A stretch of DNA of 47,091 bases from Desulfobacterales bacterium (GTDB lineage Bacteria; Desulfobacterota; Desulfobacteria; Desulfobacterales; UBA5616): positions 1 through 47,091 of the forward strand of contig JAWODC010000068.1 of NCBI GenBank assembly GCA_046483495.1, written 5' to 3'. The position numbers and the translations under genes were made by a program. The notes beneath the pieces are model-generated. The model searched no databases. It had not been told where the DNA came from and saw only the letters and a program-made list of their open reading frames with translations. This document shows positions 28,091 to 38,133 of the stretch, in pieces. Position 1 is the stretch's first letter; every line of letters begins with the position of its first letter.

Positions 28091-29290
28091 ATGATGAACC
28101 AAAAACAACTCGAACGATACGCAGACGTTTTACTGTGGGGCATGAAAACCGCCAGATCCGGGAAGTTCAAAAAAAATGATATCGTTCAGATCCGCTATCA
28201 TCTAACGGCGGTCAGGCTGGCGGAAATACTCTATGCCAAGCTCTTGGAAATGGGCATGAATGCTATTTTAAAGGCCGAACCGACTTCCGATATGGAGCTG
28301 TCGTTTTATACGATTTCGTCCGACAGGCAGCTGAAGTTCAATTTTCCCGGGGACAAGGTCCTCTACGAACATCTCAATGGAAGTATTTTTCTTCATGCTC
28401 CCGATTCCATTACCCATCTGAGTGGTGTAGACTCTGCGAAAATCGGCAAAACAGCCGTCGCCAGAAAGTATTTGCGGGATATATTGACCCAACGCGAGGA
28501 ACAGGGCGCCTTCGGCTGGACGCTATGCACCTTCCCGACCGAGGAGCAGGCCAAACACGCCGGCATACCCTTGAAAACGTATTCGGACCAGATCGTAAAG
28601 GCTTGCTTTTTGAACAAGAAGAACCCGGTGGAGGAGTGGCGGCACATCTACAAACAAGCCGTTGATCTAAAAAAACGACTGAACCGGTTGAAAGTGAAAG
28701 CGTTTCATGTCGAATCGGAAAATATCGATCTTGAGATCGTTCCCGGTGACATGAGGAAATGGATCGGCATTTCGGGCCACAACATTCCGAGCTTCGAGCT
28801 GTTTCTTTCACCGGACATGAGGGGAACCAGGGGCGTATACTATGCCGATCAGCCGTCCTACCGAAGCGGCAATTATGTCGAAGGGGTTCGACTGGAATTC
28901 AAAAAAGGCGCTGTGGTAAACATCGAGGCGGAAGCAGGCAAGGCATTCGTGACCAAACAGATCGCCATGGATAAAGGGGCAAAGCGTTTGGGAGAATTTT
29001 CATTGACGGACAAGCGGTTTTCACGGATCACGAAATTTATGGCCAATACCCTGTTCGATGAAAATTTCGGCGGCAAGTACGGCAATTGTCATGTCGCGCT
29101 TGGAGCTTCCTATTCGGATACGTTTGCCGGTGATCCAAAGAAGCTCACCCGGGAGAAAAAAGAGAAGCTCGGATTCAATGATTCGGCCCTGCACTGGGAT
29201 TTGGTGAATACGGAAAACAAGCGGGTGACCGCTCATTTATCGGATGGGAAAAAAACGTGCATTTATGAAGGCGGAAAATTCACTGTCTGA
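28091..29290 (+). CDS. Aminopeptidase, peptidase M29 (thermophilic metalloprotease) family
   Basis: LERYADVL, NIPSFELF.SP, GEFSL, TLFDEN, HVALG.SY, NDSALHWD. Confidence 0.92.
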   Translation: MMNQKQLERYADVLLWGMKTARSGKFKKNDIVQIRYHLTAVRLAEILYAKLLEMGMNAILKAEPTSDMELSFYTISSDRQLKFNFPGDKVLYEHLNGSIFLHAPDSITHLSGVDSAKIGKTAVARKYLRDILTQREEQGAFGWTLCTFPTEEQAKHAGIPLKTYSDQIVKACFLNKKNPVEEWRHIYKQAVDLKKRLNRLKVKAFHVESENIDLEIVPGDMRKWIGISGHNIPSFELFLSPDMRGTRGVYYADQPSYRSGNYVEGVRLEFKKGAVVNIEAEAGKAFVTKQIAMDKGAKRLGEFSLTDKRFSRITKFMANTLFDENFGGKYGNCHVALGASYSDTFAGDPKKLTREKKEKLGFNDSALHWDLVNTENKRVTAHLSDGKKTCIYEGGKFTV

Positions 29291-29298
29291 TCATCGCA

Positions 29299-29949
29299 TC
29301 AAGCACGCTTCTCAATAAGGCTTTCGGCGTTCTGCTGCATTCTGACTAAATCATATTCGGTCAGTCCGGCGCCGCAAACGATTTGCCGCGCCGTCGTTTC
29401 GTCAATCAGGTCTCCCGGTCCGTGGGAATCTGTATTGATCACCAGGCTTGCCCCCACCTCGGCGGCGAGCTTTGCTACATGGCCGTTGGTCAGGCTGTGG
29501 CCCTTTCGGGCCGTTATCTCGAGCAGAATGCCTTTTTCTTTAGCGGCCGCGACCTGAGAACGGGTGATCAATCCGGGATGAGCCAGCACATCGATGTCCG
29601 CACCGAGACCGGCCTCATTCGTTCCGGGCGCCACCGGCTCGACGATGGTTTCCCCGTGCAGTACGATTATGGCAGCGCCTAATTTCCGCGCTCGTTTGGC
29701 CGTGGCGGCAATCAATTCCGGCGGCACATGCGTTATTTCGATACCCGGCAGGACCACGATATCCAATACCCGATTCAGCTGGGCGGAAACATCCACGATC
29801 CTGGGTATGATCCAATCCATATTGGACGCATCCCCGTGATCGGTGATCGCCATTTTCCGAACCCCCAGAACCTGCGCTCTTCGAACGAGTTCCGATGGAA
29901 TCAGTTCGCCGTCTGAAAAAACGGTATGCATATGAAGATCAATCATCAT
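29299..29949 (-). CDS. PHP-domain protein (histidinol-phosphatase-like)
   Basis: MIDLHMHTVFSDG, AITDH, GIEITH, HGET, LAHPG, NTDSH. Confidence 0.9.
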   Translation of the reverse strand: MMIDLHMHTVFSDGELIPSELVRRAQVLGVRKMAITDHGDASNMDWIIPRIVDVSAQLNRVLDIVVLPGIEITHVPPELIAATAKRARKLGAAIIVLHGETIVEPVAPGTNEAGLGADIDVLAHPGLITRSQVAAAKEKGILLEITARKGHSLTNGHVAKLAAEVGASLVINTDSHGPGDLIDETTARQIVCGAGLTEYDLVRMQQNAESLIEKRA

Positions 29950-30066
29950 TGGTCCTATCGCGTTTTTTTCGACAATCGGCCGCAAACCGGAAACCATCGG
30001 CGGCATAAGCGTACCGCTCGCGATTTGCCCCGTCACGTGACCGGATCGTACACTGACCCTCTCGAT

Positions 30067-30552
30067 TCAAACCTTTCCGAATTCATCGGGAGAAAGGTTT
30101 TCCAGATATTCCGCCCATTTTTTTCCTTCTTCGCTTTCGTCGATAGCTTCTCCGGATTTCATTTTGGATCCCTCGATCACTTTATCATCCACAAAAATAG
30201 GGGCGTCGAATCTGAGAGCGATGGCAATGGCATCGCTCGGCCTGGCATCCATGCTGAACGTCTTTTCCTCTGAAAGGAAATAAATCAACGCATAATATGT
30301 ATTTTCCTTCAGGTCGCAAACCTCCACCTTGGATACGGAGATCTTTTGACCGTCCAGAAAATTTTTAAACAGGTCATGCGTCATGGGACGATCGAATTTG
30401 ATATTTTTCAGTGCCGATGCGATGGATGTCGCCTCCAACAGTCCGATCCAAATGGGAATCGTTTGGTCATCGTCTTCCGACTTCAGAATAATTATCGGTG
30501 TATTGGATGAAGGGTCCACGGCTAAACCCGCAAGTGTTACTTTGCGCAACAT
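30067..30552 (-). CDS. Bifunctional nuclease family (DUF151) protein
   Basis: IPIWIGLLEA, RPMTHDL, DARPSDAIAIALR. Confidence 0.92.
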   Translation of the reverse strand: MLRKVTLAGLAVDPSSNTPIIILKSEDDDQTIPIWIGLLEATSIASALKNIKFDRPMTHDLFKNFLDGQKISVSKVEVCDLKENTYYALIYFLSEEKTFSMDARPSDAIAIALRFDAPIFVDDKVIEGSKMKSGEAIDESEEGKKWAEYLENLSPDEFGKV

Positions 30553-31958
30553 AGTCTTTCTCCTTTCAAAACACGGTGTTTCGGTTGAGCCTCGATCAAT
30601 CTACCCCAAAGGGAATGGGCCAGGGCTTTTTCGATGTAAACATGTACCGATTTACCGGCAAAATTTCCATCGGGGCCGGACCCCGGCTTTCCTCCTGTGA
30701 AGTTGACGATTTTATTGGTCGAGGTTCTGCCCGACCATTCCAACCGGCCTGGTCCCGCTGCATCGAACCGATTCAATTTACTCCACCCTTCAACCAGAAC
30801 CTCCACCGTTTTTTTCACCAATTGCGCATTCTTCTTACGGGTGATACTCTCCTGGACAGCCAGCAGGGCCTGAAGCCGGCTTTTCTTTTCAGCAGTGGGG
30901 ATCTTACCTGAAAAAGCGGAAGCCGGAGCATTAGGCCGATCCGAATACTGAAACATGAACAGGCTATCATATTCGACTGTTTTAATCAAATCCAGGGTCT
31001 TCAAAAAATCCGCCTCCTGTTCACCCGGAAACCCAACGATGATGTCCGATGACACGGCGATCCCGGGTCGCGCCTCCCTCAATCGGGCCATTTTTTCAAG
31101 ATAGGCCTCGATGGTATATTTTCGATTCATTCGTTTCAGAACCGCGTTGGAGCCCGATTGAACCGGGAGGTGAATGTGGCCGCATAGCTTTTCCACGTTT
31201 TGAAACGATTCGATCAATTCGTCGGAAAGGTCTTTCGGGTGAGAGGTGGTGAAACGTATTCGCTCGATGCCCTGAATGTCACTGATCCTTTTTATCAGAA
31301 CGGGAAATGAACAGAGCCCCTCCTTTAACCCGTAACTGTTGACGTTCTGTCCCAAAAGCGTAATCTCACGCGTACCGGAATCAGCCAATCGTCTGATTTC
31401 ACGGATAATGTCTTCGGGACTGCGGCTTCTCTCCCTTCCCCGCACATACGGCACGACACAATAGGTGCAGAAATTATCGCATCCTCTCATAATGGTAACG
31501 AATTTCGATGGGCTTTTGTCGGCCTCGATCATCGCCGCCGAATCGATGTTCAGAGGCCTTCCCCGCATGCTTACATCGGTCATTCGGGACCCGGTCTCCT
31601 CGATGTGCCGCACCATATTCGGAAGTTGACCGATGGCATCGGTACCGAAAACCAGGTCGACAAAGGGAAAACGCTTCAATATGCGGTCACCTTCCTGCTG
31701 GGCCACACAGCCGCCGATTCCAACGATCAGATTCGGATTTTTTTGCTTCAGTTCGGCCGTTCTTCCCAAAAAACTGAATGCTTTCTGTTCCGATTTACGG
31801 CGAATCGCACACGTATTGGCAATTACAAGGTCGGCTCCGGCCATTGAATGGACCCGCCTGTATCCAGTAGTCTGGAGAATGCCGGCAATCAGTTCCGAAT
31901 CGTATACGTTCATCTGGCATCCCATTGTAAAAATATAAAGGCGCTTCATCGTTTTCAT
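30537..31958 (-). CDS. miaB: tRNA-2-methylthio-N6-dimethylallyladenosine synthase MiaB
   Basis: GCQMNVYDS, NTCAIR, GCVAQ, radical SAM GCDNFCTYC and TRAM domain. Start at 31958 (ATGA overlap with upstream gene). Confidence 0.95.
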   Translation of the reverse strand: MKTMKRLYIFTMGCQMNVYDSELIAGILQTTGYRRVHSMAGADLVIANTCAIRRKSEQKAFSFLGRTAELKQKNPNLIVGIGGCVAQQEGDRILKRFPFVDLVFGTDAIGQLPNMVRHIEETGSRMTDVSMRGRPLNIDSAAMIEADKSPSKFVTIMRGCDNFCTYCVVPYVRGRERSRSPEDIIREIRRLADSGTREITLLGQNVNSYGLKEGLCSFPVLIKRISDIQGIERIRFTTSHPKDLSDELIESFQNVEKLCGHIHLPVQSGSNAVLKRMNRKYTIEAYLEKMARLREARPGIAVSSDIIVGFPGEQEADFLKTLDLIKTVEYDSLFMFQYSDRPNAPASAFSGKIPTAEKKSRLQALLAVQESITRKKNAQLVKKTVEVLVEGWSKLNRFDAAGPGRLEWSGRTSTNKIVNFTGGKPGSGPDGNFAGKSVHVYIEKALAHSLWGRLIEAQPKHRVLKGERLCCAK

Positions 31959-32209
31959 TGTTCCGTCACACCCGTTTCTTCGGTAATATCCTCCAGCGGG
32001 CCTGATATCATGATTTCTTTTTTCAATTCCGAAATCAGTGCAGCAAACTCGTTCTCGCATCCCGGAGCGACGCTGAATTTCATGTATCCGTTTTCGGCAT
32101 CTTCCGTGCCGGCAACCGCCAGCCCCTCGTATGCCTCGATAATGAATTTAATAAAGCCGATTTCCCGGCGATCCACACGGAAATACTGTTTTGTCGTTTC
32201 GTATTTCAT
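31955..32209 (-). CDS. DUF4911-like small protein
   Basis: RVDRREIGFIKFIIEAYEGLA...D motif, upstream of miaB. Confidence 0.8.
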   Translation of the reverse strand: MKYETTKQYFRVDRREIGFIKFIIEAYEGLAVAGTEDAENGYMKFSVAPGCENEFAALISELKKEIMISGPLEDITEETGVTEQ

Positions 32210-32410
32210 AATTCGTCCCGCAAGTCCTTATCATTAAAATTCATACCACTAACCTCCGGCCAATATCAACTCCAAACCGGCGTCAATCATCGGAGAGCGG
32301 ATGAGTCATCGTGAAAAATCAGCGGTCCAATCCGTTCTGCCACCAACCCGAAAGCTGAACCAAAAGAAAAACCATTGTTCGGAAAAACGATTTGGGCTAT
32401 AGGACCCCAT

Positions 32411-34135
32411 ATGAAAAAAGAATGGAAACTGAGCGTCCCTGATCCGCAGGTGACAGGTTCCTTGGTGAAATCCTTGAACTGCCATCCCGTTACCGCGACC
32501 GTCCTGGCAAACAGATCCATACTGTCACACAAGGCCGCACTGGATTTTTTTTCAAACTCCTTCGATCGGATGAAACCGCCTTTCTCGCTAACGGATAGCG
32601 ATCGGGCGGCCGATCGGATCGTCAGTGCCGTAATGCAAAAAGAACCGATCCTGATTTTCGGAGATTATGATGCAGACGGCATTACCGCAACCGTTGTTTT
32701 ATACGATTTTCTGCGCTATGTCGGCGCCGATGTCGATTATTACATTCCCCACCGGGTCACGGAAGGATACGGACTGAGCGCCGCCCAGGTAACGAATGTC
32801 GCCGTCGCCCGGGGTATTCGGGTGATCATCACAGTAGACTGCGGCATGTCAAGCCATGATGCCGTTGAAACGGCAAACAGCGCAGGAATCGATGTCATCA
32901 TCACGGACCACCATCACGTACCGGAGCAACTTCCCCGCGCATTTGCCGTTGTAAATCCCAACCGTACGGATTGCCCTTCGAATCTCACCCATCTGGCGGG
33001 CGTCGGGGTCGCGTTTTACCTTGTCGTGTGCCTTCGCAAGAAGCTTCGGGATATGTCCTTTTTCACCGACAAACCCGAACCGAACCTAAAGGACTATTGT
33101 GACCTGGTAGCCATCGGAACCATTGCGGACATGGTGCCGATTATCGGTGAAAATCGAATTCTGACCCGTGCAGGTCTCGATATGCTTGGCTTTTCGAACC
33201 GTATCGGTTTGATGTCCTTGTTTGAAAGCAGTGGTTTAGACCATCACTTCATCACCGCCGAGGATGTCGCTTTTCGCCTGGCACCCCGTCTAAATGCGGC
33301 CGGCCGTTTGGATCACGCCCGAATGGCTGTGGAGTTGTTTACCTGTTCAGACAGTAATACCGCCCGTCGAATCGCTCAAGATCTCGATCAACTGAACGGC
33401 AATCGGCGAACGATAGAAACAAAAATATTCGATGAAATCGTATCCCACCTTCACAGCACCCCGCGCCTGATGAACCAAAAGTCTTTGTGTCTCTATTGCG
33501 AAGCCTGGCATGAAGGCGTTCTGGGAATTGTCGCCTCAAGACTCGCCAGGCGTTTTGCAAGACCGACGGTATTGGCCACTCTGCAAAACGGTGTTGCAAA
33601 AGGCTCGGGCAGAAGCAGTGCCGATTTTAACCTTTATGAGGGCCTTGCCGAATGCGCAGACTTATTGGAAAATTTCGGGGGGCATGCCATGGCAGCGGGA
33701 TTAACCCTGAAACCGGAAAACTTTTTGGCGTTCAAGGAGAAATTCGAATCCATTGTCCATGATCACACAACCGGGCAAACGCCTGCCGCTTCCTTTCCCA
33801 TCGATTGCGAATTGCGGTTTGACATGATCACGGGCAAACTTATGGACGAAATGGATAGGCTTCAACCCTTTGGAATCGGAAATGAAGAACCGCTGTTTTT
33901 GGCCAGAAACATACGGATACGCCATTCCCAGGTGGTCGGCAATCAGCATAGACGTCTCATTCTGAAACAAATGAATGATCCAACCGGCAAAAGTATCCAG
34001 GGTATTCATTTCAATGCTCCAAAAAACCTGACCGACCATGATTATGCCGAGGTTCTCTTTCGCCTTCGCTGGAACCGTTGGAATGGGAACAAAACCATCC
34101 AACTCATCATAGAAGACGCCTGTCCGGCCGAATGA
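32411..34135 (+). CDS. recJ: Single-stranded-DNA-specific exonuclease RecJ
   Basis: GDYDADG, ITVDCG, ITDHH, GTIADMVP, PRLNAAGRL, GSGRS, FGGHAMAAG, PFGIGN. Confidence 0.96.
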   Translation: MKKEWKLSVPDPQVTGSLVKSLNCHPVTATVLANRSILSHKAALDFFSNSFDRMKPPFSLTDSDRAADRIVSAVMQKEPILIFGDYDADGITATVVLYDFLRYVGADVDYYIPHRVTEGYGLSAAQVTNVAVARGIRVIITVDCGMSSHDAVETANSAGIDVIITDHHHVPEQLPRAFAVVNPNRTDCPSNLTHLAGVGVAFYLVVCLRKKLRDMSFFTDKPEPNLKDYCDLVAIGTIADMVPIIGENRILTRAGLDMLGFSNRIGLMSLFESSGLDHHFITAEDVAFRLAPRLNAAGRLDHARMAVELFTCSDSNTARRIAQDLDQLNGNRRTIETKIFDEIVSHLHSTPRLMNQKSLCLYCEAWHEGVLGIVASRLARRFARPTVLATLQNGVAKGSGRSSADFNLYEGLAECADLLENFGGHAMAAGLTLKPENFLAFKEKFESIVHDHTTGQTPAASFPIDCELRFDMITGKLMDEMDRLQPFGIGNEEPLFLARNIRIRHSQVVGNQHRRLILKQMNDPTGKSIQGIHFNAPKNLTDHDYAEVLFRLRWNRWNGNKTIQLIIEDACPAE

Positions 34136-34227
34136 TTGGTTTGGACACCCGGTAATTTCCGATCCCGATTTCCAACCGTGTATCCGATATTTCTGATTGA
34201 GAAATAAAAAAAATTGCCAGATTTTCC

Positions 34228-34256
34228 TTGCATAATCCACATGATATAATTAGTAT
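34228..34256 (+). promoter_or_regulatory. Putative sigma70 promoter(s)
   Basis: TTGCAT-N17-TAGTAT overlapping an extended -10 TGaTATAAT in an AT-rich spacer. Confidence 0.45.
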
Positions 34257-34362
34257 AGTCGCGTTCGGAAAATAAGGATTTTGATCGCATTAACGTTTGA
34301 TGCTTAATATATATGTATTTGATATCATTATATTTCAAACATCATAATTGTGAGGGCAGCCC

Positions 34363-34785
34363 ATGGCTAAAGTGTTTCGCCCCAGTACTCGGGAATCCAG
34401 TATATTATCAAAGATAGAATCGTCTAAAAATTTTTCCCGAAGAAAGTCAATAGAAGCATTGAGGGATTTGAAAGAACCCTTGAGCAATGCCATTGCAACC
34501 AAGTTGGTTGAAAGTAAGCTGGTGGAAACCACGAGTAAAAATACACTTGAAGATCAAATTCTCCAGTGCCTTGAACAACTGAACCACGCAGAAGATTTCG
34601 ATATCGAATACCAGACAGCGCCTTTCAGGAATCTCGTACCAAACCCCAACACCGTAACGCTCTATGTCATGGCTTTTGTCTTGGAAAAACTGATTCACCA
34701 CAAATCCATTGTAGACATTTACGGTTCAGATGAGGATATTTACCGCAGCATCAATCAACAGGTTGCCAAGTTTATACCGACATAA
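34363..34785 (+). CDS. Hypothetical protein (140 aa, helical)
   Basis: GAGGG SD; stop overlaps the start of the RNase Z-like gene (TAATG). Confidence 0.8.
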   Translation: MAKVFRPSTRESSILSKIESSKNFSRRKSIEALRDLKEPLSNAIATKLVESKLVETTSKNTLEDQILQCLEQLNHAEDFDIEYQTAPFRNLVPNPNTVTLYVMAFVLEKLIHHKSIVDIYGSDEDIYRSINQQVAKFIPT

Positions 34786-35795
34786 TGCGCCCCTCTTTTC
34801 ATCCGAGGCTGATTAACGGGCCGTTTGACGACCCGGGCCTTTTCGTCCCGTTCATTTTCTCAAAACGTGCATTTATTTTCGATATCGGCGATTTGCACGC
34901 AATTTCCCCCAGGGACATTCTCAAAATCAGCCATGCGTTCGTCACCCACACCCACATGGACCATTTTATCGGATTCGATACCCTACTGCGGTTGATGCTC
35001 GGGCGTGAAAAAGTAATCCATTTATACGGGCCCGAGGGATTCATCAGAAATGTGGAAGGAAAGCTCGCAGGATACACCTGGAATCTCGTGGAAAATTATG
35101 AAACCAATCTGATATTGCATGCTCATGAGATTTTTCCAGACCATATGGTCAGCCAAACGTACGCCTGTTCAGATCGCTTTTTACCGACCGCCGAATCCTC
35201 GACTCATCCGTTCAGCGGCGTACTGCTGCAGGAACCGGCCATTTCCGTATCTGCAATTCTGCTGGACCATGATATCCCTTGCCTGGGATTCTCGATGGCC
35301 GAGAGGTTTCACATCAATATTAAAAAAGAGGCTGTATCGGCTCTTGGACTGGAAATCGGCCCATGGTTGAACCGGTTCAAGGAAGCCGTTTATCGGCACG
35401 GCCTTTCGGGTCATCCATTCCGTGTCGATACCGGTGAACATGAAGACCAGGGCCAATGCTTTACCATCAAAGAATTGGCCGACAAAATCGCTGTCATCAC
35501 ACCCGGACAAAAAATTCTCTATATCGCAGACACAGCGGATACCGAATCCAATACCCAAAAAATCATCACGTTCGCCGAAGGTGCGGATCATCTATTTATT
35601 GAAGCATGTTTTCTGGAAGCGGATCGGCACGCCGCCTTGAAAAAGCGCCACTTGACCGCCCGAAAGGCCGGCTTCATCGCCGGCAAAGCGGGCGTCAAAC
35701 AGTTTACGATCTTTCATTTCTCACCGCGGTATATCGGCATGGAAAAGACGCTTTACGAGGAGGCGTTTGCGGCTTATGAGGCGATTCACGATTAA
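34785..35795 (+). CDS. rnz: Ribonuclease Z-like metallo-beta-lactamase
   Basis: THTHMDHFIG, LDHDIPCLG, exosite GL..GPW, YIADT, IEACF, HLTA, FHFSPRY. Confidence 0.82.
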   Translation: MRPSFHPRLINGPFDDPGLFVPFIFSKRAFIFDIGDLHAISPRDILKISHAFVTHTHMDHFIGFDTLLRLMLGREKVIHLYGPEGFIRNVEGKLAGYTWNLVENYETNLILHAHEIFPDHMVSQTYACSDRFLPTAESSTHPFSGVLLQEPAISVSAILLDHDIPCLGFSMAERFHINIKKEAVSALGLEIGPWLNRFKEAVYRHGLSGHPFRVDTGEHEDQGQCFTIKELADKIAVITPGQKILYIADTADTESNTQKIITFAEGADHLFIEACFLEADRHAALKKRHLTARKAGFIAGKAGVKQFTIFHFSPRYIGMEKTLYEEAFAAYEAIHD

Positions 35796-36808
35796 ACCTT
35801 ATAATATTCCCTATACCAGGAAACAAACCGCTCGATTCCTGTATCGATGGGGGTCTCCGGTTTGAACCCTACATCATGCACCAGGTCACCCACATCCGCG
35901 TAAGTGGCAGGGACATCCCCGGGCTGCATACCGAGAAACTCCTTTTTTGCTGTTTTGTTCAGGATGCGTTCGAGCGTTTCGATGAATACCATCAATTCCA
36001 CGGGGTGATTGTTGCCGATGTTGTAAATCTTGTAGCGGCTGTAAGATGTTCCGGGGTCGGGATTGCTTCCGTTCCAATCCGGATTCGGCACGGGGGGCCG
36101 CTTCATGACGCGGTAGACCCCCTCCACGATATCGTCGATGTAGGTAAAATCCCGCACCATTTTACCGTTGTTGAAAATCGTGATGGGGTTTTCCTTGAGT
36201 ATGGCGTCGGTAAACAGAAAAAGCGCCATGTCGGGTCGACCCCAAGGACCGTAAACGGTGAAAAACCGTAAGCCGGTGCAGCTTAATCCATATAAATGAC
36301 AGTAGGTATGTGCCATCAGCTCATTTGCTTTTTTGGTCGCGGCATATAGGGAAACGGGGTGGTCCACATTATCATGCACGGAAAAGGGCATTCGGGTATT
36401 TGCACCATAAACCGAACTCGATGAGGCGAACACCAGGTGCTCTACCGGGTAATGCCGGCAGCCCTCAAGGATATTGATGAATCCGACGAGATTGGAATCG
36501 ATGTACGCCTTAGGGTTCTTCAGTGAATATCGGACTCCGGCCTGTGCGGCCAGGTGCAATACGCAATCAAACCGGTTTTCTTTAAAAAGGCCCTCGATTG
36601 CGGCCGTATCACACAGGTCTGCATTGCAAAAGGTGAATGAGCGATATTTGTGCAGCAGGGTGACGCGGTCCCTTTTTAATCGAATATCATAGTAGGGGCT
36701 CATGTTGTCCAGCCCGATGACCTCAATGCCCGCATCCAAAAGATATCGTGATACATGAAAGCCGATAAAGCCCGCAGCACCCGTTACAAACACCCTCTTC
36801 AATTCCAT
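35792..36808 (-). CDS. NAD-dependent epimerase (UDP-glucuronate 4-epimerase-like)
   Basis: TGAAGFIG, HLAAQAGVRYS, YAATKK, RFFTVYGPWGRPDMA, QPGDV. Confidence 0.95.
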   Translation of the reverse strand: MELKRVFVTGAAGFIGFHVSRYLLDAGIEVIGLDNMSPYYDIRLKRDRVTLLHKYRSFTFCNADLCDTAAIEGLFKENRFDCVLHLAAQAGVRYSLKNPKAYIDSNLVGFINILEGCRHYPVEHLVFASSSSVYGANTRMPFSVHDNVDHPVSLYAATKKANELMAHTYCHLYGLSCTGLRFFTVYGPWGRPDMALFLFTDAILKENPITIFNNGKMVRDFTYIDDIVEGVYRVMKRPPVPNPDWNGSNPDPGTSYSRYKIYNIGNNHPVELMVFIETLERILNKTAKKEFLGMQPGDVPATYADVGDLVHDVGFKPETPIDTGIERFVSWYREYYKV

Positions 36809-36916
36809 TTAATTCCTCCAGATTCCGGTTTAATCGCTCTTTTTCCCCTGAGCCTGATAACATTCGTGCGGGAAAGTCCAACCCACCGAAAGAAAACCAA
36901 TCATTTTGAGATTGCC

Positions 36917-36945
36917 TTGACTTGGCGGATATTTCAACTTAAATT
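36917..36945 (+). promoter_or_regulatory. Putative sigma70 promoter
   Basis: TTGACT-N17-TAAATT, 37 nt before ATG 36983. Confidence 0.5.
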
Positions 36946-36982
36946 TAAAACTTGTTATGCCAGAACCCCTAAAGGTCGAACA

Positions 36983-37843
36983 ATGACAACAACCGCCACA
37001 GATTCCATCATATCGGCTGCACGTAATATAAGGCTTCCGGACCATTCACTTTCCCCTGCGCTTTCCGTTAAGGATGCCGGCCGAATCGCCACCGAACACA
37101 ACGTATCGATCAGGGATGTCGAGATTACTGCACTGGAAAACGCCATCATACCGGAGCGGTATATCAGAAATCGTACTTCCCTCAGCTTGCAGGATCAAAT
37201 CACATTGCTGCAAAAAAGCGTTTGCATCGTGGGCCTCGGCGGATTGGGCGGTACGGTTTCTGAAATGCTGGCCCGCCTCGGCGTCGGAAAACTCATCCTG
37301 ATCGATGGCGATGTTTTCGAGGACAGCAATCTCAATCGCCAACTGCTTTCCACCATGAAAACCTTGGGGGCATCCAAAGCACAATCAGCCGCGTATAGGG
37401 TCAATCTCGTCAACCCGGCGGTCGAAGTCGTTTGCCACACCGAATTTTTAACCGCCGAGAATGCCCATCGGTTAACGTCGGATGCACCTGATCTGATTAT
37501 CGATTGCCTGGACAATGTCAAAACCCGCTTTCTTCTGGAGGACCTTGCCCGAAAATCCGGTTCGGTGATGGTTTCCGGAGCCGTAGCCGGCAATACGGGG
37601 CAGGTGACCACCATTTTCCCCGAAGATCCCGGACTGGTGCGGATTTACGGCAATCCCGACAAACTCCCCGAAAGAGGTGTCGAGGTCCACTTGGGAACGC
37701 TTCCATACGCGGTGGCTCTTGTGGCCGTTTTAGAATGCGCCGAGGCGACCAAAGTGCTGCTCAATCGGGGAATTCCCTTGCGAAACAAACTCCTGATTAT
37801 CAACCCTCTTGAAAATCTTTATGAAATCATGCAGATAGGCTGA
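36983..37843 (+). CDS. HesA/MoeB/ThiF family adenylyltransferase
   Basis: PERYIRN, VGLGGLG, DGDVFEDSNLNRQ, DCLDN. Confidence 0.9.
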   Translation: MTTTATDSIISAARNIRLPDHSLSPALSVKDAGRIATEHNVSIRDVEITALENAIIPERYIRNRTSLSLQDQITLLQKSVCIVGLGGLGGTVSEMLARLGVGKLILIDGDVFEDSNLNRQLLSTMKTLGASKAQSAAYRVNLVNPAVEVVCHTEFLTAENAHRLTSDAPDLIIDCLDNVKTRFLLEDLARKSGSVMVSGAVAGNTGQVTTIFPEDPGLVRIYGNPDKLPERGVEVHLGTLPYAVALVAVLECAEATKVLLNRGIPLRNKLLIINPLENLYEIMQIG

Positions 37844-37910
37844 TGCGGTTTTCACGAATACCGATTTGCCCCGGCACCAGGCCGTCCATGCGATGAACCA
37901 CATATTTTAC

Positions 37911-38056
37911 TACAAGCTGTCTCAAAATAAATATTTTGGTTCAAGATCAAGGCGGAGCCGCATGTTAAGCCGCAGGCATACTCATGTATGTTGAGGACGT
38001 AACATGCGGCTCCAACGAAGATATTGGGGCAAAAGATTATTTTGAGATAGCTTGTA
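37911..38056. mobile_element. MITE-like 146-bp palindromic element
   Basis: Terminal IR TACAAGCTGTCTCAAAATAA / TTATTTTGAGATAGCTTGTA (19/20), inner IR GGAGCCGCATGTTA / TAACATGCGGCTCC, TA at both ends, no credible coding content. Confidence 0.7.
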
Positions 38057-38067
38057 ATCCTACCGAC

Positions 38068-38107
38068 AAAAAAAATGCCTGCGCCATTTTTGAGGGGCAA
38101 CAGGCAT
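38068..38107 (-). terminator. Intrinsic terminator of the ribosomal alpha operon
   Basis: Minus strand ATGCCTG-TTGCC...GGCG-CAGGCAT followed by a T run, just after rplQ. Confidence 0.7.
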
Positions 38108-38133
38108 CTTGGATTTCACGAGTGCAGCGAAGC

